Below, piece after piece: positions 1 through 13,430 of a DNA stretch of 64,000 nucleotides. The number at the start of each line of letters is the position of its first letter. Within the stretch, counting starts at the first letter, position 1. The stretch lies in the NCBI RefSeq assembly GCF_009914755.1, contig NC_060925.1; one strand, given 5' to 3'. This DNA comes from the human T2T-CHM13v2.0 reference genome, Homo sapiens. The notes under the pieces were generated by a model. The model was not told the origin of the DNA, did not search any database, and was given only the letters and a program-made list of their open reading frames with translations. The position numbers and the translations under genes were made by a program.

Positions 1-47
1 ACTCTAGCCTGGGTGACAGAGTGAGACCCTCTCTCTCAAAAAAAAAC
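1..47 (+). mobile_element. Alu 3' end (cut by window edge)
   Basis: ACTCTAGCCTGGGTGACAGAGTGAGACC followed by an A-tail. Confidence 0.9.
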
Positions 48-252
48 TTACAATCTAAGGTACAAAGAGACACACACATAGTTGGGGGGGCGGGATTTGC
101 AAGCAATACCTTCATACGTTATACGTATACACCCATATATAGCAATACAAATTTTATATATCTATTCTCCCCATATGTGTCTCTTCAACCCTTAGACTAT
201 AAAATCTTATACATATACATACACATAATGCTCAATTCATAGAAACAAGTAA

Positions 253-470
253 AGCTGCTCCTCAACTTACAATGCAGTTACATCCTGATAAACCCATCAT
301 AGGTTGAAAATCTCATAAGTCAAAAGTGCTTTTTCAATTTATATTTTCAATTTACAATGGATTTATCCAGACGTAGCCCCATCATTAAGCCAAGATTGCA
401 TATGGCTTTTGCACCACTGCAAAGTTGAAAAATTGTAAGTTGAACCATGGTAAGTCAAGGACCATGTGTA
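253..470. mobile_element. Tigger5/MER47-like DNA transposon (MITE)
   Basis: CTCCTCAACTTACAATG...CCTGATAAACCCATC...GTAAGTTGAACCATGGTAAGTC resembles MER47. Confidence 0.7.
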
Positions 471-1839
471 CAAATTAATAACCTCTCATTGCTGAACAGG
501 CAAAGTCTGAATCCCATGGGCTAGAGGAGCTACCCACTACGCCATTCCCCTCTTAGTTTTCTTTAATAGCCTCAACTCAGGAAATTTTTCTCCTTTTCTT
601 CGTTTTGTTATTGCTTCTCCTCCATCTCTTCCATTGTTTCCTCTTATACTCCTCACAGTCTCATATTAGCCATCCAGGATTTATTCACTAATGCTTTTTT
701 CTTTTCCCCACTATTTTCCTCCCTTTGGTTGGTTGGTTGACTTTTTCTTTTTCCTTTAAGAGTATTTTTTTCTACTTGGTCTTCCAAATTATTAACTTGA
801 ATTTCTCAAATCATAGCCTTTAATTGCAAAGTCTTCTTTGAACTGTCCTTGAATTCCCTTAAGTCACCTTATTTTCCTTAATTAAAGTTGACAAATATCT
901 CCCAGGCCGCTCCACTTTATTCAGATTGTTCTCTTTGATCTTCACTTACTTGGCTGAAGGGTGTTCTTGTATGTGTTGTTATTGTTACTTGCCTGCTTTT
1001 AGGGGCCTCACCCAGTTGTTAGAATCGCCATGGAGCCCAAGTTTTTAATTGCTCTGAGCTGCCTGCCAGCCCCCCAGCTGCTGGGCTCAGGACAGACAAC
1101 AAGTTTAGAGCTGGGAATGGAGGGGGAGTGGGATGGAGTCAGGTTGCCATCTGCCTCAAATCCCTGAGAAACCTTTGGGAATTGAGCATTTAAATCACAC
1201 TCCACTGTATTTTCAAGAATCCCACATTTAGAGTCAATGACCTGGATTCCAGTGTGGTGTCTTATTCACCATCTGAGTGATCTTGAGCACGTATAATGTG
1301 AGGTTCCTCTTCCTCGAGCAAAAATTGAGGATTTGCAATATTGCCCTCCATGCCTCCCCAGGATTTGTTGTGAGGATCAAGTAAAACGATACCTCAGTGC
1401 CAAACACTGGTGTGTTTATGGTGGCTATGGTTCCTAATCCTAGCTTCTATTCTTTCTTTGGCTAAAGTAATAGAAATGGAAAAAGAATGCACATGAAAAA
1501 AAAATTGTGAAATATATACAGTTGCTAGAGCCCAACAGAGAAATGCCTACAAACAGAACAATTCTAGAAGATTTTCAAGAAAACTATACATTTATTGTTT
1601 AACCCAGACTACAGATAGGGAGAAGGAAGAAGGGCCACTGCAAACACACACCAGTGCCTGCTCCCTGGCTAACTACCAAGCAGGAGTGGAGAGAGCAAGA
1701 GAGGAAGAGGAGGTAGGGGAGAGGAGAGGAAGTGATTAAGCACAGCAGTTTGAGATCAGAGAGACATGCTGGAGACCCCCTTCACCAGTCTCCAATGACA
1801 AAATGAAAACTTTAGTCAAAATCAGTTTAACAAAGTGTA

Positions 1840-2238
1840 TTTGTTAAATTTTATTTGATCAAAGAGCGATTCACGAAGAGGCAGCACTCAGGACCAGAAG
1901 AGGTTCAGAGAACTCTACTCCAAACTGTGGGCATTGAGTACTCACAGGCAGGAAAAGGCTGAAGAGAGCAGAAACAAAGAACACCAAGTGGATCTGTCAT
2001 TTCAAAGTTACTTTCCTGGTAAGGGTTAAAGCAGAGGGACTTACTTATCATACCTGCTAAAACTGACCTCTTGGGATATTTGGCTATTATCTCTTTCTCC
2101 TGATTTCTCGGAAGGTTAGATAAACCAGTTAGGTGACATGAAACTTTAGCACAAGTGATTCCATTTTGGTTTGGTTTATGAGAGCCTAGTGCATGGGGCT
2201 TAGCCAAATCAGTAGCCTCCTACAAATTGTATTTAACA
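1840..2238 (-). mobile_element. ERV1-class solo LTR (MER4-group-like; subfamily uncertain)
   Basis: TGTTAAA...TTTAACA termini and MER4-group-like internal sequence. Confidence 0.55.
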
Positions 2239-2239
2239 C

Positions 2240-2420
2240 CATTTATGTGACCTTGAGAATGCTTTTTTATCTCTCTGAACCCATCCCCTCATCTGTAAAA
2301 TGGGGAAATAATATAAGAGCTTTGCCAGGGAGTTTCTGTCAAGATAAAGTGGGATAATAACATATTATACACAAAATTCCTGACACATAAGAAGTTCTCA
2401 ATAAATGGGAGTAAATTGTG
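2240..2420 (+). mobile_element. MIR
   Basis: TGTGACCTTGAG...CTCATCTGTAAAATGGG core. Confidence 0.75.
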
Positions 2421-4169
2421 TATGTATTTCCCTTTTCAGACAACTCACACTACATTTGTTTGACTTTACAGACAGACCTTTTTTCAATTTTCTAATTTAG
2501 ACCCCCAACCCATTACTTGCAATTCAAGGGAAAGAAAATCCCTTTCTTGAATTATAAAATAACAGCCCTTCTGTGATAGGTTTGAATGATGAGTTTCTCC
2601 TCTGCCAAGAATAAAAATAAAGTGAAATTAACATTCTCATCAGCTGAACACAGGCCTCAGAGAGACTGGCAACTGTCACTACGTCATTGTGGAGACACAT
2701 TGACAAGCAGGAACACAGAGTGCCTGGTGGAACACTGTATGTCTAATTATAGAATATTTAATTCGCTGGCCTATTTTGGCAGGGATGGCCCCAGCACAGA
2801 TTCATGAAGACAAATAAAGCTTCTGCATCTTAGCGCTTGGCTTGACAGCCAACAAGCACTTACAAACACCTGCTCAGTGCTAAGCACCAAGCATTAGGGG
2901 GAATCAAAAGAAATTAAAGAGGTGGTCCCTGCCCTTGAAGAGCTTACGGTCTATGCTTATGGTCTACACAATCAAGTTGTTTCTACATTCTTGCTTTAAA
3001 ATGGATATATATATAACCACACAGTTGAGATTTGCAGAACCTTATTTTAAATACATTTAATATTATGTTATTTAACTCCCTTTTTTTCATAGTTCAGTTA
3101 ACTGTGAGGCCTGCAGAGTTTGTGTGACTTATTCATACAAAAATGATATCACTTAAAGAGAAAGAGTATGTGAAAAGTGGTTTCCAAGTACGGATCTAAT
3201 GAAGTTCTTGAAAATCATTTAAAATTCCTGTGAGTGTATCAGGCAAGCTGCATGGTGTGTGTGACCCAGATTTTTTTTTTAATCGCATCTTTTTCTTCCT
3301 TTTCAGAAACACACAGATACATAAGAAAATGGCTTAAATGAAAAAACAGACCACTCCAAGGGAGGAAAAGGATGGAGGTGACACTGTGTAAGTTGGCAGC
3401 CAGCCCTGGTGGCGGGGGTGATGCACAGACCAGGGGGTCTCAATCAGCAGCAACCTAGTGGCCACCTCCTTCACCTCTCACAACACAGGAGCCTCCAGGA
3501 GTGGCTCCACCTTTGACTCTGAAGGATCATCCCTGAAAGATCCGGCAGAGGGCAAGCTCCCAGAATCGGGGCCTATCTTAGGAACTTTTCCGGCTGAGGA
3601 GTTAGAAAAAGATAATTTTCTTGCAGAAACTCATCCAAAGCATCCAAAACATTTTGTTTAATGTAATCCAAATGCCCATACCAACACTGACTTCTACCCC
3701 TCAGAACATTCCACACCATCTCTCACTCCAGTTAGACATAAATACAAGATGCAGTGAATGATTCCTGCAGTTGGGTGGACGCAAATTCCCATCCAGGTTC
3801 CCACACGAACTGGTTCTGTAAATTAGACGTACAATTGACCCACTGCAAGCCAAAGTTTTCCTGTCTGCAAAGTTGGGATCATGCCTCCTCCTTGGGGGAT
3901 GTGTGGGAGAAAAGGGCCAGGCACCCGGAGGCATTCAGGGAATGGCAGCTCCCCTCATCTGTTCCACCTCACCTGCTTTTCCTGGGTGACCTTATCTGTG
4001 TGACCACCTTTCAGCAAAGGGTCTATTCTGGGCTTCTTAATGGAAATGTGCAGAGAAGCTCCAAAAAACGTCTGGAGAGAAAGGGCTACAGAAGCTACAT
4101 GAGTAAAACCTTCCACTCTCATAGCTCCAGGTGAGCCTTCGCAATCACCCGAACTTTTCCAGATGTAGA

Positions 4170-4340
4170 AATTCGGGCAAGTTGTGAACTCAACAATGTG
4201 TTAGTTTTCAAATGGGGATAATACTACTAAGCCTACCTAAGGAGACAATTATGAGAGTTTAAAAGAATTAAAACCTATGCAGTGTTTAGGACCGTGCCAT
4301 GGCATACTGTATACACAATGCAAGTGTTTGCTCTTAGTGC
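4170..4340 (+). mobile_element. MIR
   Basis: GGGCAAGTT...AAATGGGGATAATA core. Confidence 0.65.
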
Positions 4341-4869
4341 AAACTCAGTTTCTCAGGGTTCACCAAGGGAGCTGGTGGCAGAGCTATGGCTAAACCCACT
4401 CTCCAGACTCCTCACCTAGTGCTCTTTCCCAGATCCTGTGTCTTTACTTTCCAAAGCTGCGTATTCCTAGCTTTTTCTCCTAACTTGGAGCAGAATTGGA
4501 TTTATATTTACTGTTTCATGTACCAAGGTAACATTTCAGGTATACATTTCCCATTGTCCACAAATCTATGGAGAAATGTTAGCCTTGATTACTCTGAATT
4601 AGAATGTGATCCAATTACATAATTTTTTTCAAGACATGGTGCTTTAGAACATACATGTAGTAACAAGAATTAAAACAGTATACCGTGGAAGGAAGTGTGC
4701 TGGGATAAGCCTGGATTGTCTCTCAGTTTCACACCAATACCTAATTCTTACTTCCTTTCTGCCCAACCCAGTGGAAGAGATGTTCTATTTCCCCTCAAGG
4801 ACAAGCTCTCAATCCTTGCTTAAGATCCCTCAGCTACTCCCCTTTACCTTCTGGTGAAAATCCATACTG

Positions 4870-5430
4870 TTCAGCAGGGCACACAGGTTAGGAAGGCACC
4901 ATGTGGCCCTACCCTGCCTCTCCAGCCTCTCTTTTTTTGCACATCATAACCACTCTGGGCTCCTGCCGTCCTGAACCACTGGTAGTTCCCTAGACATACC
5001 AGGCCTTGTCAAGCCACTGTAGCTTCGCACACACTGTTTCCTTTGTCAGACGTGGTCTTTGCCCTGCTCCTTCTCCTAATTAATGTACTCAGGCATCAAA
5101 ACTCCTATCAGGTAACTCCTCCTCCAGGAAGCCTTCCCGTACCACCCCAGCCTGCCTCCTACATGCTTTCACTGTACCTTAAGACCATCTTCATCTCAGT
5201 ATGCATAGTAATGCACCATCATGGTCTGTGCTTGGCTGACTCCTCTTCCACACCAAGAGCAAGCTCAATACCTAGCAAGATGCTTGCCAAGAGTAAAAAC
5301 TCTGAAACTGTTTGACAGATAAATCCAGTCTCACAACTTACTGTGTGACCTTGAGCAATTCATTTGACTCGTTCAGGTCTCAGTTTCCTCATTTAAGACA
5401 GGAAGAGTTAGGTCAGCTCATCCCTAAGAA
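4870..5430 (+). mobile_element. L2 3' fragment followed by MIR fragment
   Basis: CTCCTCCAGGAAGCCTTCCC L2 motif; TGTGACCTTGAGCAA...CTCAGTTTCCTCAT MIR core. Confidence 0.6.
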
Positions 5431-5724
5431 TCATGTAAGGCCTATATTTTATAACTTGCAGTAGTTCTTTCATTTTAAAAAAATAACAGCTTTTCCCACT
5501 CCAGTTATTGATAAAATGAGATTAGTAATTTGAAAGTACTTAAAAATGAATTTTTTAAGGGCCACAAATTCACATTATTTTATGTAATTGTAAAAATAAA
5601 AAATAAAAATGTTTTTGGTACTACCTAGCACATATTGGTAGATAATATGCATTCATTAAGTGTTCCTTGAGAGCTAGATTCATTTTGTCACATAGTTACA
5701 ACTACTGCAAGAAGCAGAGATGTT

Positions 5725-6127
<403 letters not shown>

Positions 6128-6720
6128 TTAAGTAAGCTTTTGAAAAAATCACCCTGTATTACATTTTTCCCAATAATAAAAATAAAACCTCCCCTATTCT
6201 ACCTCATCAAATTGATCACAGACCATAAAATAGTGTACTTTTATTTAAAATAAACCTTTGACATACTTCAGATTTTATGCAGGTAGCCAGAAGGGAACAA
6301 TAATATCAGAAAAGTACAATGAAGTTAATGCCCCGATGCCTTAAAACAGATTGGCTGATCACCATGAGCACCCACTCCCCAAGTCTTAAAGAAAAGATGA
6401 CTGGGTTCAGCCGAAGTTCTTACACACCAGATGATGGGCGTAAATGCTTTTGCTTCTGCTTTGATTTGCAAGGACTTTGACTGGCTGCCTGGCCCCGGAG
6501 GCCCCCATTTCACTGCATGAGGACACTGGTCCTCTCTGACACTTGTTTCGGCAGAAGGGAATTAGCAGTTCTTTAACTTCTGTTTTTCATACATAAAATT
6601 CCAAATAACTACTTGCTGTTAGCCACATGTAACTATCATTTTTCTTTCCCTTTTTTTTTCCATCGATGTAAGAACTCTACAAACTTTTTTTGCATAATCA
6701 TAAGATGCTATCAGAGACCT

Positions 6721-7095
6721 TGTTGTGGACTGAATTGTGTCTCCCCAGAATTTATATATTATATTTGGAGCTAATTAAGGAGGTAATTAAGGTAAAGGGA
6801 GGTCATAAGGTACGGTCCTAATCCAATAGGATTTATGTCTTCATAATAGGACTTGTGTCTTCATAAGAAAAGGAAGAGATACCAGGATCACAGGCACACA
6901 GAAGAAAGGCTATGTGATGACATAGCGAGAAGGTGGTCTTCTGCAAGCCAAGAAGAGAGCCCTCACCAGAAATCAACCCTGCCAGCACCTTGATCTTAGC
7001 CTTTTAGGCTCTAGGATTGTGAGAAAAGAAATTTCAGTTGTTTAAGCCACCCAGTACGTGGCATTCTGTTATGGTATCCCCAGCAGATTCATACA
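6721..7095 (+). mobile_element. MLT1B-like MaLR solo LTR
   Basis: TGTTGTGGACTGAATTGTGTC...TTGTTTAAGCCACCCAG...ATACA. Confidence 0.85.
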
Positions 7096-8550
7096 GACCC
7101 CTACCATGACCTGAACCCCCTCCTCATCTCTGTTGTTGAAAGTGAAAACATGAGCATACATATCTATGGAACATGGAGGGGAAGCCATGAAAACAATCAA
7201 TACTTCCAGCAAAATGGAAAGTGTTTAAAATCATTCACATTAGCAAAAAGGGAAAAAGGTACTGCAGGGTCTTCCAATTTTTGGGTAAAGAAAAAATTAG
7301 TCCCACTGAGTTTATCAGCATTTATTTTTTAAATTACTTAAAATAACAAGTGAAAAAGTTTATCTTGTCATTCCATGGCAAAAAAATAAATAAATTTTTG
7401 CATTACAGTTCCTGTTGTATTTTTAGTTAGGAGGTAGAATCTTGGGAATGATGTTTTGATTTTTCCAAGTGTTCATTTCATTCAAAGCAAATTAATCAGA
7501 GAATCACAACCGGTATAAATCCATCATCACAAGTGGCCCTGATCTCAGAACACTACTGTGCTGAATCCTGAGATAAATCTTTATGTCAGAAATCCTATTA
7601 TTCAGAAGTACAATAAAAATAACAATCGGAGATGACATCAGAACAGGGAGAACATTGCATTTTTCTTCTTTGCGTGTCAGAAGAAGTTAACTTCCGCTCA
7701 TCACCAGCTGAAATGATCGTACAGGATCCTGCAAAATATCTGGGTAGCTCCAACATAAATAATCTTCTGTCCTCTGGGGAAAATTCTTTTTTCACTCTAT
7801 GGCTTCAGAAAAACTGTTGGCATAGGTACCCAAACACCTTCTGGAGATGGCATGGAAATATCATTCAGTGAGTTGAGAAGAGATAAGGATGTGTTTTTAC
7901 ACTTGTGGATAAGTAGACACTGCTTGGAGAATTACGATCACTCTTGTCAACACGTCCTTTCTCAACTCTTAGTCTGTGGCTTATTTAAAGACATTAAAGG
8001 GAGTATTGGTTACTGTGGGGGGGGTGCAATTAGGTAGAAGAAATTGGCAAAAGTGCAATACAGATAAAATTGAAAAGATGAGGCAAGGCAAGAGGAAACA
8101 TCTGGAGCACCTGGCAGGGGTCATTTTAGGATTCTCGCCTGAAGTGGCTCATTATTGACTCTTCATTGTTAGCCTATAATCTGGTTTTTACTGCCATTGC
8201 AGATTTCTCTAAAAACAAATAGGATAAAAGCAAACATTACCATTTGCTTTTAAGGATCACAAGATGTCCTCTCAACTCTCACATGCAGATCCTATTTCAA
8301 TAATTTCACAACTAATTGGAGTTTTTGCCATGACTGCTCCTCAAAACACCACTTAACTTGAAGAACACATCACAGAGAAACTATAGTCAGAATCTGCCTG
8401 AGTCACTCGTGCCTGATCACAAGTCGAAGAGAAAGCCCTGCAACTGTGTTTCTTGGGTCTGACTAGGTCGGTTTCCTTTTACTTTCATGAGACAGTACAT
8501 TAACCCAGAATGTTCAGAGAAAATAGTTTGCTTTTTTTAAAAAAAATATT

Positions 8551-8868
8551 GTTTTATTGTGGTAAGAACACATACCATGAGATTTACCCTGTTAACAAAT
8601 TAAGTGTATATAATACAGTATTGTTGACTATAGGGACAATGTTGTACAGCAGATCTCTAGAATGTGTTCATTATGCTTAACTGCATTTTTAAGCCCGTTG
8701 ATTAGTAACTCCCCATTTCCTCCTCTGCCCAGCCCTTGACAACCACCATTCCTCTCTTTGATTCTATGAGTCTATTTTAGATATATCATCTAAGTAGAAT
8801 CATGCAATATTTACTCATCTGTGACTGTTGTTTCACTAAGCATGATATCCTCAAGGTCCCTCTATGTG
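8551..8868 (-). mobile_element. L1M (L1MA/MB) 3' end
   Basis: TTTTATTGTGGTAAGAACAC...TGTACAGCAGATCTCTAG is an antisense L1M 3'UTR. Confidence 0.75.
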
Positions 8869-9532
8869 ACCAAGTAGGATCTATAGGATCAAGTAGGATC
8901 CATTTGATCCTGAAGCCCTCTGAACCGAGGCAGCCCTCTTCATCCTCACCTAGAAAATGGTCCTGAGTCTTGCAGAGTCACAGGACTCTGATGCTAACCC
9001 TCAGTTACTGTGGAGCACTTCTGAAGAAGCAGGAAGTTCAGCTGACATCCAATAGACATTGCTTTGGGGAACAAATTTTAGACATCTTTTACTTTCTCAT
9101 TTTGTTACTTTCTCAAAAATGAAAACTCTAGATACTTTTGTGAACCTTATTTTTTCCCTCTAATTCAGCTACGGATTTCTGCGGACATTTCAATCCTAAC
9201 TTGTCCAAGTGTTAGCTCTTTGGTGACTAAGCAGACACTTTATTGATAGCAAGAATAAGATAAAGAAGATCATAGGGATTTTTATTTAAAATTATATTTC
9301 ATTTACTTCATTATACATGGAGCCAAGATGAAATTTATATCTATACATTCTTTTCCATTATGTTTTCAGAGCATTTTTCTACAAAATACCCTACCCCATA
9401 AACAATTGCTATTCACAAATTATTCGAATCAAATCAGGTCTCAGCAAATTCCCAACTCTGCAATGTCATTGCAATGTTATATATAAAAGAGATCCTGAAA
9501 TAAGTAAGCTATTATCATATATTTGAAAATTC

Positions 9533-9661
9533 GGCCAGGCATGATAGCATGCGCCTGTTATCCCAGCTACTCAGGCTGGGAAGGCTGAAGTGAGAGGACC
9601 AGTTGAGCCCAGGAGTTGAAATCCAGCGTGGGCAATATAGAAAAGTCCCTGTTTCAAAAAA
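9533..9661 (+). mobile_element. FLAM (Alu monomer)
   Basis: Single Alu arm with short A-tail. Confidence 0.85.
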
Positions 9662-10109
9662 CTAATGATAATAAATCAAAGAATATCTGTTTTGGATATC
9701 AGAGATACTAACTTTAGTAATATTTGTTGTGATAGCTCCTCACTGCCTTTTTCCTTTGGACAAATACCATTTTTGTAGAATAGATCATTCTGTAAAAATA
9801 GATTTTGTTTTTAAACGAAAATTTAATGATGTGAATAAAATACATAAATGTTCCTCTTTAATAGATCAAAATGCACAGAAGTTATAGAAGTATTCAGTAA
9901 CTATTACTTTATTTTCTTTCTCTGTCAGTCATATTCATTTTAGAAATAGTTTTACTAATATACTTTACTCAGAAACGGAGGGAAACAGGCTGGGTGAGAC
10001 CTCATTAGGATTGATGATATAATACTGCCTGGGTACAGACAATCCCTGCTCCCTTACCTAATACTGCTGGTGGGCTAAAATTTCTCAGTTAGATATACAA
10101 CACATATTA

Positions 10110-10285
10110 ATAACAGCTACTTCTTATTGAGGGCTTACCTGGAACTAGCTATGGTATTTATATACATTATTTTATTGAATGAAGAGACATTACTATACAC
10201 AACTTAAGATGAGGAAACTGAATCCTAGTGAGATTACGCAACTTGGCTAATTAGTAAGTGACAGAGCCAGAATTTGAACCTAAAT
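10110..10285 (-). mobile_element. MIR
   Basis: GATGAGGAAACTGA...CAGAGCCAGAATTTGAACC. Confidence 0.75.
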
Positions 10286-10288
10286 TAT

Positions 10289-10537
10289 AGCAGAGGTTCT
10301 CATTACAGAAATGGGCATCTCCAAGGCCAAAACTATTTTTATAATACTGAGTTATTTGCCTTTTTTCACTTTTGTTTTTTCATGAGTGTACACTTGAATT
10401 TTCCAGAAGCTACGTGATGTGGGCTCACAGCAACACTCTGACAGCTAATAGAAGGTGGGTTTATGTATTCTCATATTTTAAAAATTTATCGATTTTCATT
10501 TCCATCATGGTAAATATTTCTAGAAATTACCCACATA
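10289..10537. mobile_element. hAT/Charlie-type DNA transposon, left piece (continues at 12080-12126 and 12485-12547)
   Basis: CAAAACTATTTT...GAGTGTACAC...TTTTCCAGAAGCTACGTGATGTG...ACCCACATA. Resumes after the L1 and the Alu and ends CCTGAGACCAGAGTTTGAGAAACAC. Confidence 0.65.
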
Positions 10538-10925
10538 TCATCTGCCCACTTTTTAATTGAGTTGTTTTTTGCTTGTACATTTGTTTAAGTTCCTTGTAGA
10601 TTCTGGATATTAGACCTTTGTCAGATGCATAGTTTGCAAATATTTTCTCCCATTCTGTAGGTTGTCTGTTTACTATGATAGTTTATTTTGCTGTGCAGAA
10701 GCTCTTCAGTTTAGTTATTATAGGTCTTGTTTGTCAATTTTTGCTTTCGTTGCAATTGCTTTCAGTGTTTTCATCATGAAATCTTTGCCAGTTTCTATGA
10801 CCAAAATGGTATTTCCTAGCTGATTTTCCAGGACTTTTATAGTTTTAGGTTTTACATTTAGGTCTTTAATCCATTTTGAGTTGATTTTGTATATTGTGTA
10901 AGGAAGGGGTCCAGTTTTCAGTCTG
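10538..10925 (-). mobile_element. L1PA ORF2 segment, inverted 5' part of the insertion
   Basis: Minus-strand ORF 10718-10954 reads L1 ORF2p (...[26 protein letters not shown]...). Confidence 0.92.
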
Positions 10926-11731
10926 GGGAAGACATACATGTGAACAACAAGCATATGAAAAAATGTTCGATATCACTAATCATTAGAGAAATGCAAATGA
11001 AAACCGCAATTAGATACTATCTCACAACAGTCAGAATGGCCATTATTAAAATGTCAAAAAATAACAGATGCCAGCAAGGTTGCAGAGAAAAGGGAACGCT
11101 TATTCACTGCTGGTGGGAGTGCAAATTAGTTCAACCATTGTGGAAATCACTGTGACAATTCCTCAAAGAACTAAAAACAACTACCATTTGACCCAGCAAT
11201 CCCACTACTAGGTATATACCCAAACGAATATAAATGATTCTACCATAAAGATACGTGCCTGTGTATGTTTATTGCAGCACTATTCACAATAGCAAAGACA
11301 GGAATCAACCTAAATGCCCATCAATGGTAGACTGGATAAAGAAAATGTGGTACATATACACCACAGAATACTATGCAGTCATAAAAAAGAATGAGATCAT
11401 GTTTTTGCAGGAACATGGATGGAGCTGGAGGCCGTTATCCTTAGCAATCTAATGCATGAAGAGAAAACCAAATACTGCATGTTCTCACTTATAAGTGGGA
11501 GCTAAATGATGAGAACACATGGACAGAAAGAGGGGAACAAAAGGCACTGGGGCCTACTCAAGGGTGGAGGGTGGGAGAAGGCAGAAGTTCAGAAAAAAAG
11601 AAAAAGAAAACCTATCAGGTACTATGTTTAGTAACTGGGTGATGAAATAACTGTACACCAGACCCTCGAGTTACAAGTTTACTATATAACAAACCTGCAC
11701 TTGTACCCCTGAACCTAAAATAAAAGTTAAA
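10926..11731 (+). mobile_element. L1PA (old, about L1PA13-16) ORF2 end and 3'UTR
   Basis: ORF2p C-terminus (IIREMQ...HCWWECKLVQPLWK); 3'UTR ends CCCCTGAACCTAAAATAAAAGTTAAA. Confidence 0.92.
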
Positions 11732-11783
11732 ATATATTTTGTTAAGTTTACCATCACACCGATTTTTTAAAAAAGATGTGCAA

Positions 11784-11838
11784 CATGTATACCTATGTAA
11801 CGAACCTGCACGTTCTACACATGTAACCCAGAGCTTTA
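11784..11838 (+). mobile_element. Very short L1PA 3'-terminal fragment
   Basis: CATGTATACCTATGTAACGAACCTGCACGTTCTACACATGTA; flanked by TTTAAAAAA(G)ATGTGCAA repeats. Confidence 0.75.
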
Positions 11839-12126
11839 AAAAAATGTGCAAAATAAAATTGTGTTGAGGAAAAAAAAAGTCTAAGGAAAATGTCTTCTTT
11901 TCCTTAAAATATATCTAAATTGTCCATGTCTCTATGAAGAAGATAAAAATAGCATGATCTAACCCACTGAGTCATGCTGTGCTTCCTCACATCTGTGTTC
12001 TGTTGCTTTATCAATGTGTAAGGAAATAAGCTCTAGTTTATTAAATTTTTTAAACAGAAAAAAGGAAAAAAAAAAGATAACCCACATAAACAAATGTTTT
12101 GTCTTGTTTTTTGAAGTCCTCAATAA

Positions 12127-12484
12127 TTTTTTGTTGTTGTTTTGAGATAGGGTCTCACTCCATCACTCAGGCTGCAGTCCAGTGGTGCAATGTTGATTCA
12201 CTGCTACCTCTGCCTCCCGAGTTCAAGCGATTCTCCCACTACAGTCTCCCAGGTAGCTGAAACTACAGGCACGCTCCACCACACCCAGCTAATTTTGGTA
12301 TTTTTTGGTAGAGACAGGGTTTCACCACATTGGCCGGGCTGGTCTCGAACTCCTGGAGAATGATACATTTATGTTGATATTTTGCCTTTTAAATCTACTT
12401 GTAATTCTTGTTCTCCTGACCTCAAGTGATCCCCCACCTCAGCCTCCCAAAGTGCTGGGATTACAGGTATGAGCATACCCTGCC
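12127..12484 (-). mobile_element. Alu (AluJ/S) with a 63-bp non-Alu insertion
   Basis: Antisense dimer; TSD AGTCCTCAATAA. Confidence 0.93.
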
Positions 12485-12631
12485 AGTCCTCAATAACTTT
12501 TAAGAGTGTGTAATGCAGACCTGAGACCAGAGTTTGAGAAACACAGCATTATATTATCCTGGAGAACAATGCTACTCCAACCTCAGATTTCTAGTAGCCC
12601 AGTAAAATACATTTATTGAACAAAGAAAACC

Positions 12632-12930
<299 letters not shown>

Positions 12931-13189
12931 AAAACCTTGTTGATAAAGTATAAAACAAAGCAAGGGTTTTTATTGTATTTTATGCGGTGGGAATTCTTTA
13001 TTTCAAGGTTGGAGAGAAATGATAGGTTGGTTCCCAGAGCCAGTTTTAAGGGAGATTTCATGTGAATCCTGGAGAAGTCCATCTAAACTGTCCACATCAG
13101 CACTCCCACCTGCAACATTCTCTTGAGGTTCAATAGAAATATCCCTCCATTATGGGACATAGTAGAAACCTTACAAGCCTGGTTAAGGA

Positions 13190-13430
13190 TTCAGAGTCAG
13201 ACTGGTTTCAAATTCTAGCCTCCCAGCTATGAAACCATAGGCAAATTATACTTATCTTCTCTGAACCTAATAATAATGCAACTAATAGCAATTATATTAT
13301 AGGGTTATTGGGAAGATCAAATGAGACAATGCTTCTCAAAAGTGAATGAAATAAAAATCATTTTGAGTGCTTAGCACACAACCCTTGGGACATAGTAAAC
13401 ACTCAACACATTTTAACTGTTATTTAATGG
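13190..13430 (+). mobile_element. MIR
   Basis: AGAGTCAGACTGGTTTCAAATTCTAG...CATAGTAAACACTCAA. Confidence 0.65.
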
